From NCBI GenBank assembly GCA_031414955.1, contig JANOQV010000184.1:32001-96000 (forward strand): a DNA stretch of 64,000 nucleotides, in the 5' to 3' direction. Positions 55,115 to 64,000 of this stretch are shown piece by piece. Within the stretch, counting starts at the first letter, position 1, and the number at the start of each line of letters is the position of its first letter. A model generated the notes under the pieces. That model did not search any database. It saw nothing but the letters and a program-made list of their open reading frames with translations, and was not told where the DNA came from. Source of the stretch: Pedosphaera sp. (lineage in GTDB: Bacteria; Verrucomicrobiota; Verrucomicrobiia; Limisphaerales; SIBH01). Position numbers and translations under genes: made by a program.

Positions 55115-56382
55115 GGCCCAAGCAGCGTCTCAACGGGTGCGACTACCTGATGCTCGGTTTCGACCACGAGTTGCGCCGGCTCGGCTTCTCGGGCAACTCC
55201 TGCCAGATCGTGCTCGAACTCGGCGCGCCCATTTCAGCCGACGCATTGCGCCAACGGCTCGACACTTTGCTCACCCACTGGCCCATTCTCGGCGCAAAGC
55301 CCTGCGGCCTGCTCATGCCCAAGTGGAAGATGCCCCGGCCCGGCACACCCGGCCCGCGCATCCGCGTCCATCCACACCATCCAGAACTGCGCCAGCGCCT
55401 TTTCAACGAACCCATCGCCGCCAAGGCCGGCGAACTGATGCGCTTTGATCTCGTCGAGCGCGAGGGCGGGCGCATGGACGTCATCTTCACCTGGGCGCAT
55501 TCGCTGATGGATGCCCGCAGCGCCGAGTATTTTCTCGCCGTGGTCGGCCGCGAGGATTTGCCGCTGCCCGACCTCCACGCCAAGCTTCCCGCCCGGCCGA
55601 AGATCACGCTGCGCAATCGCTTCAAGCTGGCCTGGAAAAACCTGCATCAGCTCGACGGCTTCTGTAAGGCCGCGCCGAAGTCGCTCGGCGCACGCCGGCC
55701 CGAGGCCCCGAGCGAGATCCATCACCGCATCGACGAGTTCACCGCTGGGGAGACGGAACAGATTCGCGCCCAGAGTGTGAAGCACTGCGGCGCACTCCGG
55801 GATGCGCAGTATCACGCCGCCGTGGGCGTGGTGGAGTTGCATCAGCTCCACCAGCGCCTGAATTTCCCCAGCCCGAGCTACGTGCTGCCGATTCCGGTCG
55901 GACTGCGGCCCAAGGGCCGTGTCGAGCCGCTCTTCAGCAACCAGGTCATCATGCTGATGATCCAGTTCCTGCCTGAACATCTCGGCTCCGTGGCGGACGC
56001 CGTGGCCACGTTGAAGACGCAGACTGAACAGGGCATGCGCGCAGGACTGCTCGACAGCGCGGTCATTCTGGCGGAGATGTTTCGCTTCCTGCCGCTGCCC
56101 ATTTACACCGCGGTGCTCAAGCAGGGATTGCGCGGGGAAATCTGCTCGCTCTTCTACGGCGACACGGCCGCCGTCAATCCGGCCGTCACCACTTTCCTCG
56201 GCGTGCCCATCGAGGACTTCGCCCACATCGCCTCGATCACGCCGTCGCCCGGCATCGGCATGGTCTTCTATTATTTCCGCGGCCTGCTGCGGGTCACCAC
56301 GCTGCATTCCACCAAGGCGCTCACCGACGAGGAGGCGGCGGATTTCTCGGTCCGGCTGCGCGCCCGCTTGCTCAACCCGTGA
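55111..56382 (+). CDS. Stand-alone condensation/CoA-dependent acyltransferase-like protein
   Basis: HxxxD motif (WAHSLMDA), PVGLRP and LFSNQ; about 420 aa. Confidence 0.75.
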   Translation: MRPKQRLNGCDYLMLGFDHELRRLGFSGNSCQIVLELGAPISADALRQRLDTLLTHWPILGAKPCGLLMPKWKMPRPGTPGPRIRVHPHHPELRQRLFNEPIAAKAGELMRFDLVEREGGRMDVIFTWAHSLMDARSAEYFLAVVGREDLPLPDLHAKLPARPKITLRNRFKLAWKNLHQLDGFCKAAPKSLGARRPEAPSEIHHRIDEFTAGETEQIRAQSVKHCGALRDAQYHAAVGVVELHQLHQRLNFPSPSYVLPIPVGLRPKGRVEPLFSNQVIMLMIQFLPEHLGSVADAVATLKTQTEQGMRAGLLDSAVILAEMFRFLPLPIYTAVLKQGLRGEICSLFYGDTAAVNPAVTTFLGVPIEDFAHIASITPSPGIGMVFYYFRGLLRVTTLHSTKALTDEEAADFSVRLRARLLNP

Positions 56383-57467
56383 ACGAACGCGTGGACATCG
56401 CCGTGGTCGGTGGCGGCGCGGCGGGGATCGCCGCCGCCCTCAGCGCTGCGCGCGCCGGGCGCACCACGGTGCTGATCGACCGGCGCGAATCCGCCGGTGG
56501 CACCGGCGGATTCAGCGGCCTGACTACGCTCTGCGGCCTCTACGACAACGCTGGAAATTTTCTAAACCAAGGATTCGCACATGAGTTCGCCGAAGCTCTC
56601 TCCGACTCACCGCCCCTGCTGATGGGCCGCGTCTGGGTGCTGCCCTACCGCCCCGCCCGCTTTCGGGAACTGGCCGCCCAACTCATCGCAGCCGAGCCGA
56701 ATTTTCGGACACTTTGGAACACCCCGATTTCGGATGTTGCCGTGCAGGGCAACCGCATCACTTCGTTGAACGGCATGGATGTCGGCGCGGTCATCGATTG
56801 CAGCGGCTTCGCTGAAGTGGCGCGCGCCGTCGGCGCAGAGTGTCTCGCCACGGATGAGGCGACCCAGGCGCCGGCGGTTATCTTCACTTTGCGCGGCGTG
56901 ACGCGCGCGCTCAATTCGACGGCAGCCGTCGCGCGGGTCTTGCTGCCGCTGGTGCGCGCCGGCTTTCCGCCGCTCAGTTTTCATCCCGGCTCCGAACGGG
57001 GCGAGATCAACGTCAAGTTCACCGGCCCGCCCGAACAGGTGCCGCAGGTCATCGCGTTCCTCCAATCTAACGTGGCGGGTTTCGAGCATTGCCTCACGCC
57101 CTTGACCGAATTCCCCGTGGCCCAGCGGGCGGGCCGGATGATCATCGGCCGGCATCTGCTCACCGGCGCGGAAGTTCTGGCCGGGCAAAAATTCCCCGAC
57201 GCCGTGGCGCGCTGCGCGTGGCCCGTTGAACAATGGAACGCCCATGGCGTGGTGCGCTTCCGCTATCTCGCTCCTGGCACACACTACGAAATCCCCGCTC
57301 GCGCCCTCCAGTCTGCGGCCATTGAGAACCTTTTCATGGCGGGCAAAACGATCAGCGCCGACGCCGACGCCATCGCCAGCGCGCGCGTCATGGGCTGCTG
57401 CCTCGCCACCGGGGCGGCGGCTGGTCAACTTGCCGCGCGTTGCCTAGACTCCGCGCGCAATCAATGA
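56379..57467 (+). CDS. FAD-dependent oxidoreductase
   Basis: VVGGGAAG, IDCSG, YEIPARAL, NLFMAGKTISAD and ASARVMG. Confidence 0.88.
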   Translation: MNERVDIAVVGGGAAGIAAALSAARAGRTTVLIDRRESAGGTGGFSGLTTLCGLYDNAGNFLNQGFAHEFAEALSDSPPLLMGRVWVLPYRPARFRELAAQLIAAEPNFRTLWNTPISDVAVQGNRITSLNGMDVGAVIDCSGFAEVARAVGAECLATDEATQAPAVIFTLRGVTRALNSTAAVARVLLPLVRAGFPPLSFHPGSERGEINVKFTGPPEQVPQVIAFLQSNVAGFEHCLTPLTEFPVAQRAGRMIIGRHLLTGAEVLAGQKFPDAVARCAWPVEQWNAHGVVRFRYLAPGTHYEIPARALQSAAIENLFMAGKTISADADAIASARVMGCCLATGAAAGQLAARCLDSARNQ

Positions 57468-58681
57468 CGCCAGCGACCGAACAGCTTTGGTCCGCCACCT
57501 TCCATCATGCGAAGGAACGCTCGCCGTTCTATCGCGAGTGGTTGCGCAACTGGAAGGAAGCCCCGCCGCTCGATCAGGTTCCGCTCGTGGACAAGCACAT
57601 GCTCTCGGAGCGCAACCTGGATTTCCTCTGCGTGCCCCGCGACGAGATTGTCGAAATCGTCACCACCAGCGGCACCACCGGTGAGCCTTTGCTCTGGATG
57701 CTGACCGACTCCGATCTGCGCCGCCTCGCCGAGAACGAGCGGATCTCCTTCGAGTGTGCCGGACTCACGGGGCGCGACACGGTGCTGGTCGCCGTGGCGA
57801 TGGATCGCTGCTTCATGGCGGGGCTCGCCTACTGGCTGGGCTTGCGCGAATTGACCTGCGGCATGGTGCGCACCGGCGTCGCGTCGCCCTTGCTGGTGCT
57901 GGAAATGATCCAGCGCGTGCAACCCACCGCCATCGTGGCCGTGCCGTCGTTTCTGCGCGTCATCGCCGACAAGGCGCGGGAGACGGGATTAGACCTCGCC
58001 GGTTGCTCGGTGAAGAAGGCCGTCTGCATCGGCGAGCCGATCCGCGACAGCGCGCTGGCCTTGAACACCTCGGGCCGCGCCATTGAATCCATGTGGGGTG
58101 CGAAAGTCTTTTCCACCTACGGCGTGACCGAACTAGCGAACTCACTCTGCGAATGCGAAGCCAGCGCGGGCGGCCATCTGCATGACGAGCAGTTGCACCT
58201 CGAAGTGCTCGACGACGACGGCCAGGCCGTTGCCGACGGCCAGGTGGGCGAAGTCGTGGCGACGACCTTCGGCGTGGAGGCGATGCCGGTCATCCGTTAC
58301 CGCACGGGTGATTGCGCCGCGCTTATCCGCGAGCCTTGCGCCTGCGGACGGACCACACCGCGCCTCGGCCCCATCGTCGGGCGCAAGGACCAGAAGCTGA
58401 AGTTCAAGGGCGCGTCGCTCTTCCCCTCCACCTTGCAGGCGGTGCTCGAACAGGCCGAGGGCGTGGAGGCGTTCGTCATCGTGGCCCGCGCCGAAAACGA
58501 GCTGTCGGATTCCATCGAAGTGCTCGTGCATGGCGGCGCGGCGGTGGCGGCGCTGCGTGAGACGTTGCAGGCGCGCTCGAAGATCACGCCGCTCATCCGT
58601 CACGTCCCGCGCGCGGAAATCGAGGCGCTGCAAATGCCGCCCCAGGCACGCAAGCGCCGGACCTTCGTTGATCTCCGATGA
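57464..58681 (+). CDS. Phenylacetate-CoA ligase (PaaK) family protein
   Basis: TTSGTTGEP, STYGVTE, MPVIRYRTGD and IVGRKD. Confidence 0.88.
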   Translation: MTPATEQLWSATFHHAKERSPFYREWLRNWKEAPPLDQVPLVDKHMLSERNLDFLCVPRDEIVEIVTTSGTTGEPLLWMLTDSDLRRLAENERISFECAGLTGRDTVLVAVAMDRCFMAGLAYWLGLRELTCGMVRTGVASPLLVLEMIQRVQPTAIVAVPSFLRVIADKARETGLDLAGCSVKKAVCIGEPIRDSALALNTSGRAIESMWGAKVFSTYGVTELANSLCECEASAGGHLHDEQLHLEVLDDDGQAVADGQVGEVVATTFGVEAMPVIRYRTGDCAALIREPCACGRTTPRLGPIVGRKDQKLKFKGASLFPSTLQAVLEQAEGVEAFVIVARAENELSDSIEVLVHGGAAVAALRETLQARSKITPLIRHVPRAEIEALQMPPQARKRRTFVDLR

Positions 58682-59802
58682 AGCATTGCATCCTCATCCC
58701 CTGTTACAACCACTCGACTACCGTGGCGGCGGTGGTCCGGGCGGCCCAAGCTCACGGCCCGGTGCTGCTCCTGGATGATGGCTCCACCGATCCCCTGCCA
58801 TCGTTGCCCGAGGCGACCATTTTCCGACTGGAGAAAAATGGCGGCAAAGGCGGCGCCTTGCGGGCCGGCTTCGAGCACGCCGTCCGCCTCGGCTACACCC
58901 ACGCCATCACCATGGACGCCGACGGCCAGCATTTCGCCGAGGATCTGCCGAAGTTCATCGCCGCCGCCCAGGCGCAGCCCGAAGCACTCATCGTGGGCGT
59001 GCGCGACTTCTTCGCCGCCGGCTGCCCGACGCATCGCCGCCGCTCGAACGCCGTGTCGAGCTTCTGGTTCCGGATCGAAAGCGGCGTGCGCCTGCCCGAC
59101 ACCCAGTGCGGTTTCCGGTGTTATCCGCTTGCGCTGACCCAGAAGTTGAAGGCGCGCTCGCAGCGCTACGCCTTTGAACTCGAGTTCATGGTTCGCGCTT
59201 CATGGTCGGGCGTGGCGCTCGTGCCCGTGCCGGTGTCGTGCAGCTACGAGCCGGAGCAAATTCGCCGCTCCCACTTCCGGCCCGTGGTCGATCTGGAGCG
59301 CATCACCCGCATGAACGTGGGCCTCGTCTTGCAATCATGGTTCGTGCCTCGCGTGGTGCGCACCGCGTGGTCGCACGGCGAGCGCTACTCCCGCGGCCGG
59401 ACGGTGCGCCTTTTTCTCTCGGAGAACGCCCACGACCCGGCGCGGCTGGGGGGCGCGGTGGGGTTGGGGATCTTCTGCGGCATCATCCCGCTCTGGGGCT
59501 TCCAAATGCTCACCGCCGCCGCCCTCGCGCACTGGCTGCGTTTGAACAAATCCATCACCCTCCTCGCCAGCAACATTTCCATCCCGCCCATGATGCCTTT
59601 CATCCTCTATGGCGGGCTGGCCCTCGGACACCGGCTCTGCACCGGGCAGGCGCTGGAATTTTCCGCGAAGGAGATGAACCAGGAACGCGCGCTCGAATAT
59701 CTCGGGCAATGGGCCTTGGGCAGCGTGCTGCTCGCGGTGGTGGCCGGCGCGCTGGGCGGCCTCCTCACTTACGCGCTGGCACGCCTGGGTCGGCGGCGGT
59801 GA
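58678..59802 (+). CDS. Glycosyltransferase family 2 fused to a DUF2062-like membrane domain
   Basis: LIPCYN, DDGSTD, MDADGQH, DTQCGFRCYP and SHFRP; hydrophobic C-terminus with SNISIPP. Confidence 0.9.
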   Translation: MKHCILIPCYNHSTTVAAVVRAAQAHGPVLLLDDGSTDPLPSLPEATIFRLEKNGGKGGALRAGFEHAVRLGYTHAITMDADGQHFAEDLPKFIAAAQAQPEALIVGVRDFFAAGCPTHRRRSNAVSSFWFRIESGVRLPDTQCGFRCYPLALTQKLKARSQRYAFELEFMVRASWSGVALVPVPVSCSYEPEQIRRSHFRPVVDLERITRMNVGLVLQSWFVPRVVRTAWSHGERYSRGRTVRLFLSENAHDPARLGGAVGLGIFCGIIPLWGFQMLTAAALAHWLRLNKSITLLASNISIPPMMPFILYGGLALGHRLCTGQALEFSAKEMNQERALEYLGQWALGSVLLAVVAGALGGLLTYALARLGRRR

Positions 59803-60068
59803 AGGAAAGCATCGGCCCCGGATCGACCACGGATTGGACCAATCCAGCTCGAGCCCCGGCGTGTCCGGGTTTCATCCGGGTTCCAACCGCTTCAGCCCTC
59901 ACGGTTTCATTTCCATGAGGCAGCAGCGGATGCGGCCCTTGGCCCCGCCGCCAAACGGGGTGCCGATCCAGTTCGAGAACGCGCGGCCACTGGGCACCAG
60001 GCGCTCACGGCCGTCGGGCCGGGACGGCCCATGCACTGACTGCGGCCGACGCAGCGTTCAGGCCGTGT

Positions 60069-61949
60069 TCATCGCTTGAATCTCGCCTGCAAATCCTCGA
60101 CCAGGCGCGGCACGTAGGAGTTGTAGCGGTTGTGGGGGGATGGCCCGTTGGTGGGCACGGTCTGAAAAAAGGCTGCGAGCGGCGCAGCCTTCAGGCCGAG
60201 CGCATCCAGACTGTTCAACGCGGCCAGCGCGCTGAAGACACCGTGCTTCTTCCAGTCGGCGCGGTCTGCAAGGAGCGGGAGGACTTCCTTCAAATCAGCC
60301 TCGGCCCCGAACTGCCCGAGGAACTGCGCGGCGGAGATGCGCACATCCGGGCAGGAATCGTGGAGCGCGGCCCGAAGTTCAGTTCGTGACGCCTCGACCA
60401 CAGCTTGACCGCGCATCCCCAAGCCGAGCACACCCCAATAACGCACCGCGCTGTCCTCATCCCGCATCGCCCTCTGCAAGGCTGGCACCGCCTCGGGCTG
60501 GAGCAGCGAGGCCAACTCCGCAATGTCGAGCACCCTGGCCAGCGGATATTTGCGGTCGTCGTGACCGAGGTCGTAGGGCGAACCGCCGGCCGCGCGGGTG
60601 AAGCGCTCGCCTTCCGGGATGAAGCCCACGTCGCGAATCTGAAGCGCATGCTCCCGCTGCGCCGCGCGAAGCCTGGCTTTGAGGCCCGAGTGCGCCGGCG
60701 ACGCGGCGAGGTTCTTCACTTCGTCGGGGTCGGTTTGCAAATCGTAGAGTTCCTCCGGCGGCTTGCGGTTCCAGAACACGTCCTGCACCGGCGTCAGCCT
60801 GCCTTCGTGGTGCAGCTTCTCCCACACCCGGGTCGTGGGCGTGGCCCACATGTAGTCGAGGTGCTGGCCATAGATCAGATGCGGCAGGTAGTTGCGGACA
60901 TAGACGTAGCGGCCATCGGTCACGCTGCGCACGAGGTCGTAACGCTCATCCATGCGGCCGCGGAAGCCGTGGAGAAAATCCGGCGCGGGCGCGATGAACT
61001 GGCCGAGGAAAGCGCGGCCTTGCATCCAGTCCGGCGGCTGGACCCCCGCGAGGCTGAGCAAGGTGGGCGCAAAATCAACAAAGCTCGCCAACCGCTCCGA
61101 GCGGCCACCGGGCTGGTAATCCGCCGGGCGCAGATGCTTGAACTGCTCCGGGATGAACACCACCAGCGGCACATGAAGTCCCGAGTGGTAAGGCCAGCGT
61201 TTGCTGCGCGGCATGCCGGAGCCATGGTCGCCGTAGTAAAAGACGATCGTGTCGTCGGTCAGCCCATCGGCTTCAAGCTGGGCCAGAATTTTTCCCGCGT
61301 CCGCATCGGCGGCGCTCACCACATCGTAATACTGCGCCCAATCGCGGCGCACCTCGGGCGTGTCGGGATGGTAGGGCGGCACGCGCACCTTGGCCGGGTC
61401 GTGAACGGGCGTGTGGGGTCGCGCGCGGATTTTGCTCTCGTGACTTTTCTCCGAGTTGAAGACGGCGAAGAACGGCTGGCCGGCGGAGCGATTCCGCCAG
61501 TGCCCCTTTTTCGAGGAGTCGTTCCAGACCTGGCCCGGCGGGGCGAGATTGTAATCCTCCTTGGCGTTGTTCGAGCAATAGTAGCCTGCGGCGCGCAGCA
61601 GTTGCGGATACATCTGCTTGCCGGCCGGATAAGGAACGAGGCTGCGCATGTGTTCGCCGCCCGTGGATTGCGCATACATGCCAGAGATGAGCGTCGTCCG
61701 CGAAGGAGCGCAAACCGGGGCGCAGGACCACACCCGGGTGTAAATCATCCCGCGCGCCGCCAGCTTGTCCACGTTCGGTGTGGTGGCGAACTTGTCGCCA
61801 AAACAACCCATCTCGACGCCATGATCCTCGCTCGTGAGCCAGAGGATGTGGGGGCGCGGAGCGGCCGTGGCGAGGAATGGAAACAACACGATCAGTCCTG
61901 ACAGGCGGGCACGCACGCGCGGCCAGGCACGAAGCAAATCATTGGGCAT
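60069..61949 (-). CDS. Sulfatase with C-terminal HEAT-like repeats (start approximate)
   Basis: PHILWLTSED, CAPSRTTLISG, YGDHG, EELYDL and DEDSAVRYW. Confidence 0.9.
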   Translation of the reverse strand: MPNDLLRAWPRVRARLSGLIVLFPFLATAAPRPHILWLTSEDHGVEMGCFGDKFATTPNVDKLAARGMIYTRVWSCAPVCAPSRTTLISGMYAQSTGGEHMRSLVPYPAGKQMYPQLLRAAGYYCSNNAKEDYNLAPPGQVWNDSSKKGHWRNRSAGQPFFAVFNSEKSHESKIRARPHTPVHDPAKVRVPPYHPDTPEVRRDWAQYYDVVSAADADAGKILAQLEADGLTDDTIVFYYGDHGSGMPRSKRWPYHSGLHVPLVVFIPEQFKHLRPADYQPGGRSERLASFVDFAPTLLSLAGVQPPDWMQGRAFLGQFIAPAPDFLHGFRGRMDERYDLVRSVTDGRYVYVRNYLPHLIYGQHLDYMWATPTTRVWEKLHHEGRLTPVQDVFWNRKPPEELYDLQTDPDEVKNLAASPAHSGLKARLRAAQREHALQIRDVGFIPEGERFTRAAGGSPYDLGHDDRKYPLARVLDIAELASLLQPEAVPALQRAMRDEDSAVRYWGVLGLGMRGQAVVEASRTELRAALHDSCPDVRISAAQFLGQFGAEADLKEVLPLLADRADWKKHGVFSALAALNSLDALGLKAAPLAAFFQTVPTNGPSPHNRYNSYVPRLVEDLQARFKR

Positions 61950-62063
61950 GGCCGTGCTCATACTGGCAACCGCCCACACCGGCGAGCGAAATTCCCGCCG
62001 CGGGCAGGCCGCACGGTCGGAGTGAGGACGGCCCGTCCGCGCGTCGTCCCACCCAGTCACTCA

Positions 62064-62240
62064 GAGCCTGTCTGCAATGTCACTCGCCGGCGAACCCCAT
62101 CGGCCCCGGAGTGCGCCCGTCCTCGGGTGCAGCAACGCGCGCCAGCCAGCGGGCGAGGATTTTTCCGACGCGCCCGGAGTCACCGCGTTGCTGCGCCCGA
62201 GGACGGGCGCACTCCGCCTGAGAATTGTCTGACAATTCTC
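62064..62240. mobile_element. Second, degenerate copy of the 34251-34426 MITE in opposite orientation
   Basis: gagcctgtctgcaatgtcact...ggagtgcgcccgtcctcggg...ttttccgacgcg...gggcgcactccgcct aligns along the full length to the reverse complement of copy 1. Confidence 0.8.
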
Positions 62241-62443
62241 AGGCGGGGACGAGCCGTCCCGATCCCGTTCGGCTCGGATCACGATGGCACCTGCACACTG
62301 GTTCTGATCACACCCGAACCGGACTCAACCGGACCACCGGACTCCACTCACGAAAAAAGAGTTGCCTCCAGGCGAAGTGGTCGCCTACAGAGTCTCCCAT
62401 CTTAATCGCCAGCGTCGTCACCAGGTGCGTCCTCGCGCCAGCC

Positions 62444-63376
62444 TTGCGGTCCTGCCCGGGAATCGTCGCCGCGGTGATCTCCGCAACTCTTCTGTCTGGC
62501 TGTGGGACCGTGCCGGTCTGTTCGTTCGCGCAGGTCCGCGGCCAGAGGGATGTGATGAAGGAGATCATGGCGTGCAACAACAAGCTGGTGTCCCTTTCCG
62601 CCCCCGAGCTCCAGCGCGGCCGGCCGGTGCTCGTCCTGCTGCATGGGGCCACGGACGATCCGTCTGAAATGCTCGCCATCGCCCAGGAGCGCGCCGGCAC
62701 CCACAACGTCTTCCTCTACTCGTTCAACTTTCATCAACCCATCGACCGCGTGGCGCGGGATTTCGTGCGCGAGATGCAGGCGCTTCGGGCGGCCCAACCG
62801 GAGTCCTTCGCCGCGCCGGCTTCGCAGCGGGCCTTGACCGTGGTCAACTACTCCTATTCCGCCATCGTCTTCCGCAAGGCGGTGCTGCTGGCCGGGGACG
62901 AGGCCATCTTCTCCGGCGCAGCCATCGTGCAAATGGTGCCCACGGCCGGAGGCTCCTTCCTGGCCCGGCACATGGGCAACCCTGTCGCGGCCGCACTCGT
63001 CGCCCTGGCCTCCAAGTTCAGCCTGGCCGAGAACCCGTACGGCGGCCTGGCCGAGAAATTGTGGGACGGCGAGGGCAACCGGAAATTCTACGATGTCATC
63101 GACGCTCGCCAGATGCGCACCCTGCTCGTGGAAGGTGATCCCCATTCGCTCGCCCGCGTGGCCGACGAGAAAGTACAGCGCCGCTATCAAAATGGCATTG
63201 GCCCCAACGTCGTGACCATCCCCAAGCGCTCCGGCGTCACGCACGAAAATTTCCCCACCCATCCCGTGGCTCTCGATTATCTGCGCACCATTTTGCACCC
63301 GGCCGCCGGGGAACGCGCGGACACCGGAAGCCAGTCCTCCGGCTCGTCCGCAATTCTCATCTCCGTCGGGCCGTGA
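62444..63376 (+). CDS. Alpha/beta hydrolase-like lipoprotein (start uncertain; TTG 62444 chosen)
   Basis: Lipobox LSGC; VLVLLHG; NYSYS at the expected nucleophile elbow; C-terminal THENF. Confidence 0.65.
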   Translation: MRSCPGIVAAVISATLLSGCGTVPVCSFAQVRGQRDVMKEIMACNNKLVSLSAPELQRGRPVLVLLHGATDDPSEMLAIAQERAGTHNVFLYSFNFHQPIDRVARDFVREMQALRAAQPESFAAPASQRALTVVNYSYSAIVFRKAVLLAGDEAIFSGAAIVQMVPTAGGSFLARHMGNPVAAALVALASKFSLAENPYGGLAEKLWDGEGNRKFYDVIDARQMRTLLVEGDPHSLARVADEKVQRRYQNGIGPNVVTIPKRSGVTHENFPTHPVALDYLRTILHPAAGERADTGSQSSGSSAILISVGP

Positions 63377-63667
63377 GCGGAACCACGCCTACCGTCCGCT
63401 GGCCGCCGGCCGGGCCTTCGTCTCTCCGAACGCCGGTCGCATCCCAGCGCCAGCGCCAGCACGAGTCCTGCGAGCGATTGAATTTTCATAGCATTCCTGT
63501 TCCCCGGCCAAACTGACAAAGGCCAGTTCCATGCAACAGCCCGAACTGGACACAGCGGACCGAACTGATAGTCGCACCCCATCGCGCCGAGGTTACATTG
63601 AGGTGAATCCTGGCCCGGGAGCGTCGATTCATTTGCCTAGACCACGCCCGGTTGCTAGTTTCAACCC

Positions 63668-64000
63668 ATGTTCCAACGTCTATTTCTAGTGGCGGGCGTG
63701 CTGGTCGCGTTCGTCGTTCACGTCTCGGCGCAAAGCATCGTCATCGACGGCGTGGCCGATCGCACCACCTACACCGACACGGCCACCTTCCGCGTGCAGA
63801 CGAACACAGGCTTCAGTTACGCCGTCACGCTCAACGGGCTGGCGATGCCGGCGGGCGTGTCGAACAGGGTTACGCGCATGGACTATTACGACCTCGCCAT
63901 CACCCGCACCGACACCGGCACGCTGGCCGTGAGCAACGCTTTGGTGCGGTTCATCATCCTCTCGTCGCAACGCGGTTCGCCAGAGTTGGGATTGCTGCAA
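63668..64000 (+). CDS. Secreted protein, 3'-truncated by the window edge (absent from the ORF track)
   Basis: My translation: MFQRLFLVAGVLVAFVVHVSAQSIVIDGVADRTTYTD...; the frame is open to the window end. Confidence 0.8.
   Translation, partial: MFQRLFLVAGVLVAFVVHVSAQSIVIDGVADRTTYTDTATFRVQTNTGFSYAVTLNGLAMPAGVSNRVTRMDYYDLAITRTDTGTLAVSNALVRFIILSSQRGSPELGLLQ

Overview
A GC-rich bacterial chromosomal segment. Its gene content (DUF6797-type propeller protein, ECF sigma plus Ser/Thr kinase pair, sulfatases, mcsA-mcsB-clpC without ctsR, short-unit inverted repeats) suggests the PVC group, probably Verrucomicrobiota; this is an inference, as no database search was run. Layout: (1) 1-15.4 kb, a co-oriented cluster mixing exported peptidases (S9, two HExxH zincin proteins of which one is fused to a cyclophilin PPIase, M61) with three hydroxyproline-catabolism-type genes, interrupted by an IS200-type HUH transposase between ~93-bp inverted arms. 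(2) 15.6-20 kb, a lipoprotein, a pseudokinase-TM protein with 57-aa tandem repeats, and a small FlgM-like ORF. (3) 20-45.6 kb, mostly housekeeping genes (ABC ATPase, DEAD-box helicase, ppnP, iscX, RidA, fcl, M28 and S9 peptidases, prmC, murA, mcsA-mcsB-clpC) with one frameshifted beta-propeller gene and a 176-bp MITE. (4) 45.8-51.3 kb, an ECF sigma and kinase-WD40 module divergent from a secreted N/Q/G-rich protein, with a shared GTAAC-N16 promoter motif. (5) An Hsp70 paralogue. (6) 53.5-59.8 kb, a fully coupled six-gene biosynthetic operon (ligase, carrier protein, condensation-like enzyme, FAD enzyme, second ligase, GT2-DUF2062). (7) A sulfatase, a hydrolase-like lipoprotein and a partial gene. 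Palindromic repeats are abundant, and several are translated as protein termini. I found no tRNA, rRNA or CRISPR array. The best candidates for an undescribed system are the putative Pro/Hyp-rich protein utilisation locus, the KS-less biosynthetic operon, and the HUH transposase with its matching solo three-hairpin element.
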